From Candidatus Ryanbacteria bacterium RIFCSPLOWO2_12_FULL_44_26 (GTDB lineage Bacteria > Patescibacteriota > Minisyncoccia > Ryanbacterales > HO2-45-13), in assembly GCA_001821765.1 (NCBI GenBank), contig MHOA01000010.1, positions 1 through 43,254 on the forward strand: a stretch of 43,254 nt of DNA, given 5' to 3'. The notes beneath the pieces were generated by a model. That model was given only the letters and a program-made list of their open reading frames with translations, was not told the DNA's origin and ran no database searches. A program made the position numbers and the translations under genes. Below, one piece after another: positions 8,117 through 16,761 of this stretch; within the stretch, counting starts at the first letter, position 1, and every line of letters starts with the position of its first letter.

Positions 8117-8749
8117 GTGCGACTAAAGAGAACGCGAGAGATTCTTTTTAGAGAATTAAGTAATCGCGAGATCAGAATATTCCTTATTTTTATTGCGCGG
8201 GACTGCGGATTGCTATCTGTTCTTGAAAAATCCGTGCAGCAAAGAAAAGATCAGCGCGCTTTCCCTGCAATAAACGCGCATCGGCTTCTTTGCTGCATGT
8301 CCAGATTGTTGACCGGCATTCCCGTTCGTGAGGTCAGCGTTAAAGAGCGCAAGATGCTTGTTGCTTCCGTTGGATTCTTGAAAAGACGGTTAGAACGGTA
8401 TTATCGCGGACGCATTTGGTCAGGCGTGCAGGATATTCATATCCTTCACCCTGTCTATGGAAAGATGTACGCGACACCCCACGCGATTGATCGCTTTTTC
8501 GAATGCGTTTCCCTCGAACTCTTGGTTGCATTGGCGCGTGACAGGAACGTATCAAGAAATATCATAAGCTGTTTCTGTGAATCTTTGAAGCGTTCGCGGC
8601 AAAAGGCCTTTATGGAGGGACGCAGGGCCGAATGTTCCATCGGCAGCGCCCGTGATGCTGTAAAGCATCTTCACGACGTATGGCTTGATGTGTGGTTCGC
8701 CGTCACGGAAAAAGGAGAAACGGTTGTTGCCGTCGAGCGGCCGTACTAA
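8117..8749 (+). CDS. Hypothetical protein
   Basis: 210-aa frame with SD AAAGGAGG and a downstream hairpin; contains TPHAIDRF. Confidence 0.55.
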   Translation: MRLKRTREILFRELSNREIRIFLIFIARDCGLLSVLEKSVQQRKDQRAFPAINAHRLLCCMSRLLTGIPVREVSVKERKMLVASVGFLKRRLERYYRGRIWSGVQDIHILHPVYGKMYATPHAIDRFFECVSLELLVALARDRNVSRNIISCFCESLKRSRQKAFMEGRRAECSIGSARDAVKHLHDVWLDVWFAVTEKGETVVAVERPY

Positions 8750-8793
8750 GTGATACGGCCGCTTTTTATATGCCAGAAAAGCTCTCTTATAGT

Positions 8794-10329
8794 TTATTGT
8801 GTCGTAAATGACTGCTCGGTTGACGTTGCGGTATTCCCGGCAGCGTCTTTAGAGATAGCGATGTAGTAATATGTTGTGCTTGCAGTGAGGTTTGGGAAAT
8901 TGAGCAGATGGGAAGTAAGCAGGTTGATGTGTTCGTTGGCAAACAGCGTATTTGGCGCGGTGACGGGCGTTGACGTGCCCATAAGAACGTTTCCGGTTGC
9001 CTCTTCGTCGGTTAGCCAGCTAACGGCCGTTGAGCTCGCGGTGATATTGGATGCGGTGAGATTGCTTATGGCGGGAGCTGTGGTATCCGGCGTAGTTGTT
9101 GCGGTGCCGTTGTCATGATCACCGTCTTCATCCTCTTCGCAGCGGCCTATCGTGTCGCCGTGCCGAAGGTGTTTTGGCAGATCTCTTCGTTTGATTATTA
9201 TGGTTTCGCGCCCGTCTTCATCCTCGTGTTCGTCATTTTCACTTTCGTCTTCATCTCTGTCGTCATCATCCCCATCATTTATATGGCAGATAGTAATTTT
9301 GCCTCTCTCGTCTCTATCGTCTCTTCTGTCTTTTCCTTTGTTTTCGTTGTCGTTTGCAGCTTCGTCTTCGTCATCTTCATCTTCATTCTTGTTTTCTTTC
9401 TGTTTTTCCACGTCATTTTTGTGTTTGATTTTAAGGTCTAGCTTTATATCGCCATCCTTCATCTTTAACATTTCCAGATTTTTATTGTTCTTATATTTAA
9501 GATCTGTCTTTGCGTCGTCATCATCTTGATCTTCGTCTTGCCCTTGAAACTGAAACATTACTTCCAGTTTTTCGGCTGATGTCTCTACCTTGATTTTTAA
9601 CTTTTCATCGCTTGATGTGATTTTTACCGTTTTAAGGGTGAACAGATGTTTTTCAACAATAGAGCGCAACTCTTCTATAATTTCGTCTATAACGGCAGCT
9701 GCGAGCGCGTTGCCCCTGTTCAGTAAATCTGTTTTGTTGCGTTCTAAGTGTTCAAGCGCCGTTGTAAGCGCAAGCTCGGCGCGGTCAACATTTCCTTTTA
9801 TCTTCGGCGGTTTTTCGCCGTCGGTATGCGGCGTGGTAGTTGCGGTTGTGGTTGCGGTAGCATCCTCCAGCGGGGTTGATGTGGCAGTTGCGGTAAGATG
9901 ATCAAAATCATCACCTGCTGCGGTTTCGGTTAAAACAGCGGCCACAATAATTTTCGCCTCATCAAGCCGCTCTTTTGAAAACCGAATAATAAGCTCATCT
10001 TTTTTCTTATTCGATGCAAGCGCGAGCCGCACCCGTTCTGCCGCTATATCAATAGAGAAAAGCAAATCTCCGGGCTTTGCGTTATCGGCAAACGCAACGG
10101 TTGTTCCCGAAGAGATAAGAAATAATATAAGCGCAATCGCCGTTGCAGCAAATTTTATTCGCCGTTTCGCAAACAGCAACGGTTCAAATAAGAAATGATG
10201 CCAGCGTGCAGTTTGTTTTTCGTGGCGTGAAAGGCGTGTTTCAATATGCGACCAAAGCACCTGTTGCTCGACCGGTGATAGCGGTTTTGGTTTAGCCTTT
10301 TTTAGCAACTGTTCAATGTTTTGGCGCAT
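8794..10329 (-). CDS. Putative membrane-bound anti-sigma factor: TM, DUF5667-like domain, acidic linker, TICH..HGD..G.C metal-binding-like motif, C-terminal FN3-like domain
   Basis: Overlaps the ECF sigma stop; short cytoplasmic N-terminus; TM; AKPGDLLFSIDIAAERVRLAL (DUF5667-like); DTTAPAISNL..VSWLTDE...LTASTTYYY..SKDAAGN..TSTEQSFTT (FN3-like). Confidence 0.75.
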   Translation of the reverse strand: MRQNIEQLLKKAKPKPLSPVEQQVLWSHIETRLSRHEKQTARWHHFLFEPLLFAKRRIKFAATAIALILFLISSGTTVAFADNAKPGDLLFSIDIAAERVRLALASNKKKDELIIRFSKERLDEAKIIVAAVLTETAAGDDFDHLTATATSTPLEDATATTTATTTPHTDGEKPPKIKGNVDRAELALTTALEHLERNKTDLLNRGNALAAAVIDEIIEELRSIVEKHLFTLKTVKITSSDEKLKIKVETSAEKLEVMFQFQGQDEDQDDDDAKTDLKYKNNKNLEMLKMKDGDIKLDLKIKHKNDVEKQKENKNEDEDDEDEAANDNENKGKDRRDDRDERGKITICHINDGDDDDRDEDESENDEHEDEDGRETIIIKRRDLPKHLRHGDTIGRCEEDEDGDHDNGTATTTPDTTAPAISNLTASNITASSTAVSWLTDEEATGNVLMGTSTPVTAPNTLFANEHINLLTSHLLNFPNLTASTTYYYIAISKDAAGNTATSTEQSFTTQ

Positions 10330-10867
10330 ATCGTTCGTTATCCTCGTTGGCTATCTGTTGTAATTTCGAAAGCGCGCGGTGGTGGCGTACCTTCGCAGTA
10401 TTCTCACTTATTCCCATAACAGCGGCGATACCAGCGAACGAGAGGTCACTCCAGTAGCGCAGACGCAGCAACTCTCGATCCTGCTCCCCGAGATGTCCAA
10501 GCAGCCCCTCAATATATTGATAATCGGGATATAAGATGTCATAGGAATCTTTTATATGCTGTTCGTTGAACTCTACAACATCCGCTCTTTTTTTAAAATG
10601 TCGTGACAGTTTTCGTTTGAGGATTATATATACAAATCCGAGGAACTCCTCATCGCTTGAATACTCAAAACCGTCAAATGAGATCCATAAATCTATAAAA
10701 GTTTCTTGGAGGATGTCCAGCGCATCTTCGCGCTGTCGGGTGCGTGAGAGCGCGTACGCGAACAACCTGTCTTGTAACAGCGTTACAATTTCGTGAAAAG
10801 CCTCCGTTTCCCCATGTAGAGCCTTTTTGATCAATGGCTGCAGGTTATGCTGCGTACGCGTACTCAC
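10313..10867 (-). CDS. ECF-type RNA polymerase sigma factor
   Basis: AFHEIV..LQDRLFAYA...DALDILQETFIDLW (sigma2); LLRLRYWSDLSFAGIAAVMGISENTAKVRHHRALSKL (sigma4). Confidence 0.92.
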   Translation of the reverse strand: MSTRTQHNLQPLIKKALHGETEAFHEIVTLLQDRLFAYALSRTRQREDALDILQETFIDLWISFDGFEYSSDEEFLGFVYIILKRKLSRHFKKRADVVEFNEQHIKDSYDILYPDYQYIEGLLGHLGEQDRELLRLRYWSDLSFAGIAAVMGISENTAKVRHHRALSKLQQIANEDNERYAPKH

Positions 10868-10870
10868 TGT

Positions 10871-10915
10871 AATGCTCTTTACCGTAAAATGTCATCTTAC
10901 CGTAAAAAGGTTACA
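10871..10915 (-). promoter_or_regulatory. Putative autoregulatory ECF promoter (TGTAAC-N17-ACATT)
   Basis: AAC-type -35 directly upstream of the ECF start; near-copy at 5704. Confidence 0.7.
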
Positions 10916-11063
10916 TTTTGGAAGGAAGTTCGGCGTTTATAGAAACCGCGAAAAGTCTTCGTGCGGATCGCCGCAACATATTAACTTTTCCGATCAAGTA
11001 AGTTAACATTCTTACTGGCTGCTTCATTGAAAATTTTCATGTTTTTTGGGAGGAAGGGCGCCT

Positions 11064-11563
11064 ATGCCGAATGATGAGGAACAAGTCAGTCAAGAATTAC
11101 GCAGTTCCCTTGAAAAAGAATACGATGTAGTTGGAGCTGACTGGAGATTTCTGATAGGTACCAGATTCGCTATGCTGGCTTTTTCTATCACCTTAATTTC
11201 ATTTCTGCTCGGTGTGTATCGTTACATGATTACTGCCTTTACGGATGTTGACTTGTCTGGATTATCAGCCGATCAAGTGTTAGACCTGATCAAACTGCGA
11301 AACGAAGCTTTGAGAGTAATCCCGGTCATCGGCGCTGTAACAGCGGGGTTGCTTTTGCTTGTTGAGTGGAGAACAAGAAATTTGTATCACCAAGGATGCG
11401 CGCAGAGAGCTGAAAAAATTGAGGAAATGTTAGGAATTGAAAATGGCCATTTCAGGAAGTTCGCCGATTCCTCGATTCCTTTCGGTTTTGGCACCCACCC
11501 TTTGCAATTGTAAGCGTTTACGTGCTCATGATATTCATTTGGCCTATATTTATGGTCGAGTGA
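11064..11563 (+). pseudogene. 3-TM membrane protein (paralog of 16762-17283) with a frameshift before TM3
   Basis: Frame stops at 11513. The shifted frame continues FAIVSVYVLMIFIWPIFMVE* to 11563, matching the paralog's last helix. Confidence 0.6.
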
Positions 11564-11592
11564 ATATTTAGACGCACAAAGGAGGTAATGTG

Positions 11593-11727
11593 ATGCAGAA
11601 AAATGTTGAAGGTCACCACCCCGCAGTGCTCTGGTTCCACCGCAGGGTGATACCGGTTTTGTTCGGGGCTGTTTTTGTTGCATTCATGTATATTGCAGTG
11701 TTATACATAATGCGGCTCCTTGACTAG
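11593..11727 (+). CDS. Small single-pass membrane protein (44 aa)
   Basis: SD AAAGGAGGTAA; MQKNVEGHHPAVLWFHRRVIPVLFGAVFVAFMYIAVLYIMRLLD; terminator at 11754-11791. Confidence 0.6.
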   Translation: MQKNVEGHHPAVLWFHRRVIPVLFGAVFVAFMYIAVLYIMRLLD

Positions 11728-11907
11728 CGGCTCGTTAGCGAGCATCAAGATATGTCCTTGTGTGTCAGATATACACAAGGGCTTTCTTTTTCAGAAAAAA
11801 TGAGTCAGGAGGCGGCGGTGAAATGCACTTGCTCATCACGCTTTCCTGTTTACACGAAGCGGCCTTTCTGATTGAATGAATGTGGATTTGCGAACAAGGA
11901 GGTCTTT

Positions 11908-12186
11908 ATGACTGCCGATAAGATAAGAGAGGCGCTTTCAATCTATCAGGCAAAGTTTACCGCCGAAGAAATATCGAAATGGAGATTCCCAGACGACCAA
12001 AAAGCAGTGCCTTTCCTAAAGGCCACGCTTTCCCATGCGCACTGGATGATTGATGAGATATACGGTTTTCTTGCGGAGGGAAAGATTGAAAAGGCACACC
12101 GATGGCTCGGTTTCATACAGGGAGTTCTTTGGGCAACCGGGCAATATACCATAGAAGATTTGGCCGCACATAGCCGCTCTTTGTAA
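11908..12186 (+). CDS. Hypothetical protein with motif EKAHRWLGFIQGVLW
   Basis: SD AAGGAGG; plausible helical protein. Confidence 0.7.
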   Translation: MTADKIREALSIYQAKFTAEEISKWRFPDDQKAVPFLKATLSHAHWMIDEIYGFLAEGKIEKAHRWLGFIQGVLWATGQYTIEDLAAHSRSL

Positions 12187-12278
12187 AGGTTCTTTACGGA
12201 CAGTAAAAAACAGGCCCCTCGGATTTTGCATTTGATATAGGTGGGTAAAAAATAAACCTAAATGAAGGAGGCGAACCA

Positions 12279-12626
12279 ATGGCACAACTTTCCGAAATGT
12301 TAAGCGCGGTGAACCAGCATTGGAACATCAATGATCTAAAACGGGTGTATCCGCACCTTAGCAGGAAACCCAGGTCTCGGCATCAAGCAGAATGTGTCAA
12401 ACAGATCAGTCTTCATTTTGCCGAAGCCTGTGAAAGGCTTGCAGAGGCATGTGAGGAAGTTGGCCACGGGAATGTGCTTAACGTTCATAAGGTTCAGGAA
12501 GCGTTGCAACGTTTTCTTGTTAGTACGCTGCAGCTTGCCAACGTGTTGGGGTGCGGCGATCGCGACCTCGAGTTTCTGCTTAAGGAATGGGTAAAAAAAC
12601 GAGCAGTGTTGCCGGACGTGCGGTAA
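12279..12626 (+). CDS. Hypothetical protein, possibly a degenerate MazG-like helical fold
   Basis: SD GAAGGAGG; pattern LHFAEACERLAEACEE...QEALQRFLVSTLQLANVLG..DLE; terminator at 12670-12698. Confidence 0.55.
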   Translation: MAQLSEMLSAVNQHWNINDLKRVYPHLSRKPRSRHQAECVKQISLHFAEACERLAEACEEVGHGNVLNVHKVQEALQRFLVSTLQLANVLGCGDRDLEFLLKEWVKKRAVLPDVR

Positions 12627-12714
12627 TACGCCCGGAGCATTACTAGTTCCAGCGGAACTATCCAAAAGAACCGCCCGCAAGCGTGGGCGGTTTTTTTATA
12701 TAAAACTCGTGAAA

Positions 12715-13362
12715 CTAAACAATTTTAAGAAGATCTAGTATGGACCGTATAACGAAGTCGGCTCTGGAGAAATCATCATTTTTCGAGTAGTTGCTAGGTA
12801 ATACGGCACAACGCAGCCCAGCATTCTTTGCAGCTGAGAGACCTACAACCGTATCTTCCACAGCAAGAAGTTTTTTACTGGGAAGATTAAGTTGTTCAAT
12901 AGCACATAAATATGTTTCTGGATACGGTTTTCTATGTTTGACATTTTCACCGGTAATCACTACGGAAAACATCTTGTTAAGCCCGGATCTCTTAAAAAAC
13001 TTCTCAACAATTTCCAATCGATTAGTTGTAGCGATTGCCAATTTTTTCTTTTTAGAAGATAAACTTTGAATTATTTCTGGAATCTGTGACGGCACAACTG
13101 CCATTTTGTCCCATAGTTCATTATAATTTTTCTTGTTTTGTTCATATATTTTTTTTTGCTCCTTAGTGTCAATAATACTGCGTTTCTCCGCAAACAGAGG
13201 AATAAAGTCGACAGAAGATTTTCCCGGGATATAGGTTAATTCCGCAGCATCTAGGGGCTCACCTATATCTTCAAAAGTTTTTATGGCAGCTGATGTGTTG
13301 ACTTTTTCAGAGTCAACGAGTATACCATCGAAATCGAATATTATGCCTTTAATGTATCGCAT
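12715..13362 (-). CDS. HAD-superfamily phosphatase (beta-PGM/CbbY-like)
   Basis: IIFDFDGILVDS, IATTN, RKPYPE, AVEDTVVG motifs. Confidence 0.9.
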   Translation of the reverse strand: MRYIKGIIFDFDGILVDSEKVNTSAAIKTFEDIGEPLDAAELTYIPGKSSVDFIPLFAEKRSIIDTKEQKKIYEQNKKNYNELWDKMAVVPSQIPEIIQSLSSKKKKLAIATTNRLEIVEKFFKRSGLNKMFSVVITGENVKHRKPYPETYLCAIEQLNLPSKKLLAVEDTVVGLSAAKNAGLRCAVLPSNYSKNDDFSRADFVIRSILDLLKIV

Positions 13363-13592
13363 TCAATATTTATATAACTACCAATGAACATTGGGAAGAG
13401 CTTTACTTACAGCCCCGGATTTTTTATTTAGCAGAAGGGTCGTTTTGCAACATACCCAAAATGTTGCCTTCCGTACCTTTATAATACTTCAACTTACTGT
13501 TATCAATCCAGTTTTTTGAACTTAGACAAAAACAGGACCTCTCCTTAATTCCCAGGAAAGGTCCTTTTACTTGAGGAACAAATGAGGTAGTC

Positions 13593-13772
13593 CTATACCT
13601 CTACGAGTTCACCTCGCATAAGTTTTTTGTAGTCCTCTTTGGAAAGACCAACCCAGGAAGGATCTTCGTACCTGTAGGGATGTTTCGGGTCCAGTTCTCC
13701 GGGAAGGAATCTCTTTTTTGTGGAAGGGTTTTTCTTCCTTACTTTTACAGACTTGCGCTTCGGCCTACCCAT
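13593..13772 (-). CDS. Small basic hypothetical protein (59 aa)
   Basis: SD AAAGGAG; MGRPKRKSVKVRKKNPSTKKRFLPGELDPKHPYRYEDPSWVGLSKEDYKKLMRGELVEV; terminator AGGACCTTTCCT/AGGAGAGGTCCT-GTTTTT at about 13527-13566. Confidence 0.6.
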   Translation of the reverse strand: MGRPKRKSVKVRKKNPSTKKRFLPGELDPKHPYRYEDPSWVGLSKEDYKKLMRGELVEV

Positions 13773-13834
13773 GAGGGTCTCCTTTCATCTTTTATAAAGT
13801 TTAGCATTTTGATGTATGAACTTCAAGAAAACAA

Positions 13835-14587
13835 TTACCGCATCAATCGGGCGCCATTCAGGTGCAAAATCTGCCCAGCCATGTACTCACAAGCCCTTGA
13901 GGATAAGAACAAAACTAGGTTCACGTATTCTTCAACACGACCAATTCTTTGGAGCGGGATGCGGTCAACAATTGTTGGGTCCTGAGAAATAGTTTCGCGG
14001 CCCATTCCAATATCAATAACGTGCGGCGCAATTGCATTTGCAGTAATCCCGAAGTTAGAACCCAGTCGCACATAAGCTCGTGTTGCAGCCTCAACACCAG
14101 CCTTAGCACAAATGTACAGAAGTTCGCTGGCATTTCCCGTGTACACACCGGCAGTCGAAATATTGACAATACGACCTCCGCCAGCTTGCTTCATCACTGG
14201 AAACACTGCTCGCATCATGTACAACGTACTGCGGAGCGTTAGGCCCATAATGGCCTCAAAATCTTTATCAGTAATTTCATCCGGAGATTGTCGATATATT
14301 ACCGATGCATTATTCACCAATACGTCAATCCGACTAAACTCGCGTAAAGCTCTTACGCACAACTTACGACATGAAATAGCAGAAGAAACATCCAATTTAT
14401 AGATACGGATATCGTCTCTTCTATCGGAAGGAACAACGTCCAAAAACTCCTGAGCCGAAGCGTCGTCCCGAAGATATGTGGCCACAACTTTCGCCCCTTC
14501 TTGAAGAAATCCCAGTGATATCGCTCGTCCTAAGTTTCTCGTACCACCAGTAATGATGGCGCATTTTCCTTGTAACTCTAAATCCAT
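13835..14587 (-). CDS. SDR-family oxidoreductase (FabG-like)
   Basis: TGGTRNLG, DVLVNNA, GRIVNIST, YICAK, ANAIAP. SD GGAGG; promoter TTGACA-18-TACTTT at 14661-14632. Confidence 0.9.
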   Translation of the reverse strand: MDLELQGKCAIITGGTRNLGRAISLGFLQEGAKVVATYLRDDASAQEFLDVVPSDRRDDIRIYKLDVSSAISCRKLCVRALREFSRIDVLVNNASVIYRQSPDEITDKDFEAIMGLTLRSTLYMMRAVFPVMKQAGGGRIVNISTAGVYTGNASELLYICAKAGVEAATRAYVRLGSNFGITANAIAPHVIDIGMGRETISQDPTIVDRIPLQRIGRVEEYVNLVLFLSSRACEYMAGQILHLNGARLMR

Positions 14588-14909
14588 ACCCACCTCCAAT
14601 CCGAAATCATTATTTTCAATGAACCAAAACCAAAGTAGCAGATGCGATGCTATTTTGTCAAGAAAAAGCCCATCGCGCCTTCGAAGCCCCGCCTTTTTTG
14701 TAATTGAGAAGACATATTAATTATCATTTTAGGCTCTGAGATTCAACTTAATATTCTCTCCCACATTGTTACCATAAATGATATTTATTACGTAATAACC
14801 TAAATATAGGAAAATTTGTAATAAGACACGACAGATAAAAGAAGCCGTATAAACAGATCAGGCATCAGTGAGTTGATAGCCGCTACAAAATCGGATATTA
14901 TAAAGTGGC

Positions 14910-16367
14910 ATGAAAAAAGTGTTCATTATTGTCGCCGTTATTGTTGTGCTCGGTGTTGTGGGTTATGTTATGAGCCGATCCGGAGGGCCGGCTGATGAAG
15001 CCGCGCCGCAACATTTGCTGGGCGATGCGGTAACGATTTATGTGTACACTATAAATGGCGTAGCAACCGGCGGCGGCACGCTTTCAGTTCCGTTTATTGC
15101 TAACACAGACAAAGAGTGGTTTGTTAATGTGCTTGCCGATTTTAATAATGATGGAACATTCAATACTGACGAATGGGTTGCAAGAAATCAAGTCGCCCGG
15201 GTTTTTGAAAACTATAACAACAATTTTGTGCTTGACCTTTCGGATATTGCCCTAACAGAGGGGCAGCAAGTAAACACGCGCATGGTGTTAACCAATAACC
15301 GGCTTGAACAAACGTGGGACGGCGTTGCCCCGAAAAACAGCGCAGCACGAGACTCGCAGGCACTTGTTCAGACATATGAAATGGCGGATATCATCGGCAT
15401 TAATGTTCCCGGCGCTTCGGAAGATTTGAAGCGCGGGCCCCTTGCGGCGTTCTTTGCACCCATTCCACAAACTGCCTACGCGCAGGACAGCAATATAAAT
15501 ACATTCCGCCAACCGCCGATGCCCGACATCAGACAGGATGGAATGGAATGCACTCCGACCGCAACTGCCAATAACCTTATTTCCCTTGCGCAAGAGAAAG
15601 GGCGCCGAAACGATTTACCTCAAAACCCGCAGGACATTATCAATGAGCTTAAAAGGGACATGCAGTTTCATAACGGCGTGCTCTTAAGGAACATTATTTC
15701 AGGAAAGGAAGCGTTTGCACAAAGACACAATCTGCCGATTCTTACCGAACGGATTGACAATCCAACCGCTCAAGATATTGCCTCTGCTATTAACAGAGGG
15801 TGTGTGGTGGAGTTGAGTATGGCTTGGGTAAGGTCGCGCAGCGGCCACCCGAATACCGGTCACGTGGTGAGCGTTGCGGGCGTAAGCACCGCAAACGGCG
15901 TGAATCAAATTCAGGTCCACGATCCCGCAACTCCGAGCGGGGTTGATACATATGATCTGTCGTTTGAAGTGCAGGCAGGAGAGAGAAAATTTGAGGGCGT
16001 AAACTATCCCATGTGGGATGGGGTGGCGTTTATAGATGCGATTTTTGTGCAGTGTTGGACGGGCGTTGAGCATGCTACAACCGGAACCACACCGGATACC
16101 AGCCGCGTTGAGGCGCTTGTTATAAACGGCGGTTATTATCCCAAAAGCCAGTTTCACGCGGCGAGTCCCGACAGGTGCAATGCTTCCCACTGGCATGCCG
16201 GCGGTACGGTCTACGGACTTAAAACCAAAACATCAACGGATATTGTAAACGCCACTGATCCAAATCCGACCTCGTGCGGATTTGGAAAAATTGGCGAGGT
16301 GCCGGAGGAATTTATTGACATCACTTTTGAACAGTCAACGGAACTTATAAAAAACATTCCGTTATAG
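14910..16367 (+). CDS. Membrane-anchored/secreted protein with a GEVED-like segment and a C39/papain-like cysteine protease domain
   Basis: N-terminal TM; VLADFNNDGTFNTDEW; Q...CTPTATAN, GHVVSVAG, IQVHDP (Cys-His-Asp). Confidence 0.7.
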   Translation: MKKVFIIVAVIVVLGVVGYVMSRSGGPADEAAPQHLLGDAVTIYVYTINGVATGGGTLSVPFIANTDKEWFVNVLADFNNDGTFNTDEWVARNQVARVFENYNNNFVLDLSDIALTEGQQVNTRMVLTNNRLEQTWDGVAPKNSAARDSQALVQTYEMADIIGINVPGASEDLKRGPLAAFFAPIPQTAYAQDSNINTFRQPPMPDIRQDGMECTPTATANNLISLAQEKGRRNDLPQNPQDIINELKRDMQFHNGVLLRNIISGKEAFAQRHNLPILTERIDNPTAQDIASAINRGCVVELSMAWVRSRSGHPNTGHVVSVAGVSTANGVNQIQVHDPATPSGVDTYDLSFEVQAGERKFEGVNYPMWDGVAFIDAIFVQCWTGVEHATTGTTPDTSRVEALVINGGYYPKSQFHAASPDRCNASHWHAGGTVYGLKTKTSTDIVNATDPNPTSCGFGKIGEVPEEFIDITFEQSTELIKNIPL

Positions 16368-16385
16368 AATACTATATAAAAACGC

Positions 16386-16660
16386 ATAAAGCGGTTATTA
16401 TAAAGACCCGGATAGCAACGTGTTTGCCGGCATTTGCGGGGGCGGGCAATTATTTTGCCGTTGATCCGGTCATCATACAGGTACTTTGGCTTTTAGTCGT
16501 TGTTCTTGCAGGCGTTTTCCCCGGAGTGATCATTTGTCTTCTTTTCATGTTTGTTATTCCCGAGAAAACGGCGAAGCACAAAACCGGCGGGCAGGGTTAT
16601 CATATTCATGATACCGCGCCGCTTACGGCGCGATGGTTCATTACAGAATCGAAACAATAA
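16386..16660 (+). pseudogene. pspC: Frameshifted PspC-domain gene
   Basis: Segments across frames: KRL/YKDPDSNVFAGICGG/GNYFAVDPVIIQVLWLLVVVLAGVFPGVIICLLFMFVIPE. Confidence 0.7.
16550..16600 (+). repeat. 51-bp direct repeat, left copy
   Basis: TTTGTTATTCCCGAGAAAACGGCGAAGCACAAAACCGGCGGGCAGGGTTAT; one mismatch to 17566-17616. Confidence 0.95.
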
Positions 16661-16694
16661 AATCGGTTCAAGCCATTGAACCATAACGAAACCG

Positions 16695-16723
16695 TTGACA
16701 GGCTTCAGAGAGTGTGCTATGTT
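16695..16723 (+). promoter_or_regulatory. Sigma-70 promoter of the cassette
   Basis: TTGACA-17 bp-TATGTT with extended -10 TG. Confidence 0.65.
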
Positions 16724-16761
16724 GAGTGTAGTTTTCACCAGAGAAATGGGAGGAAACGCAG

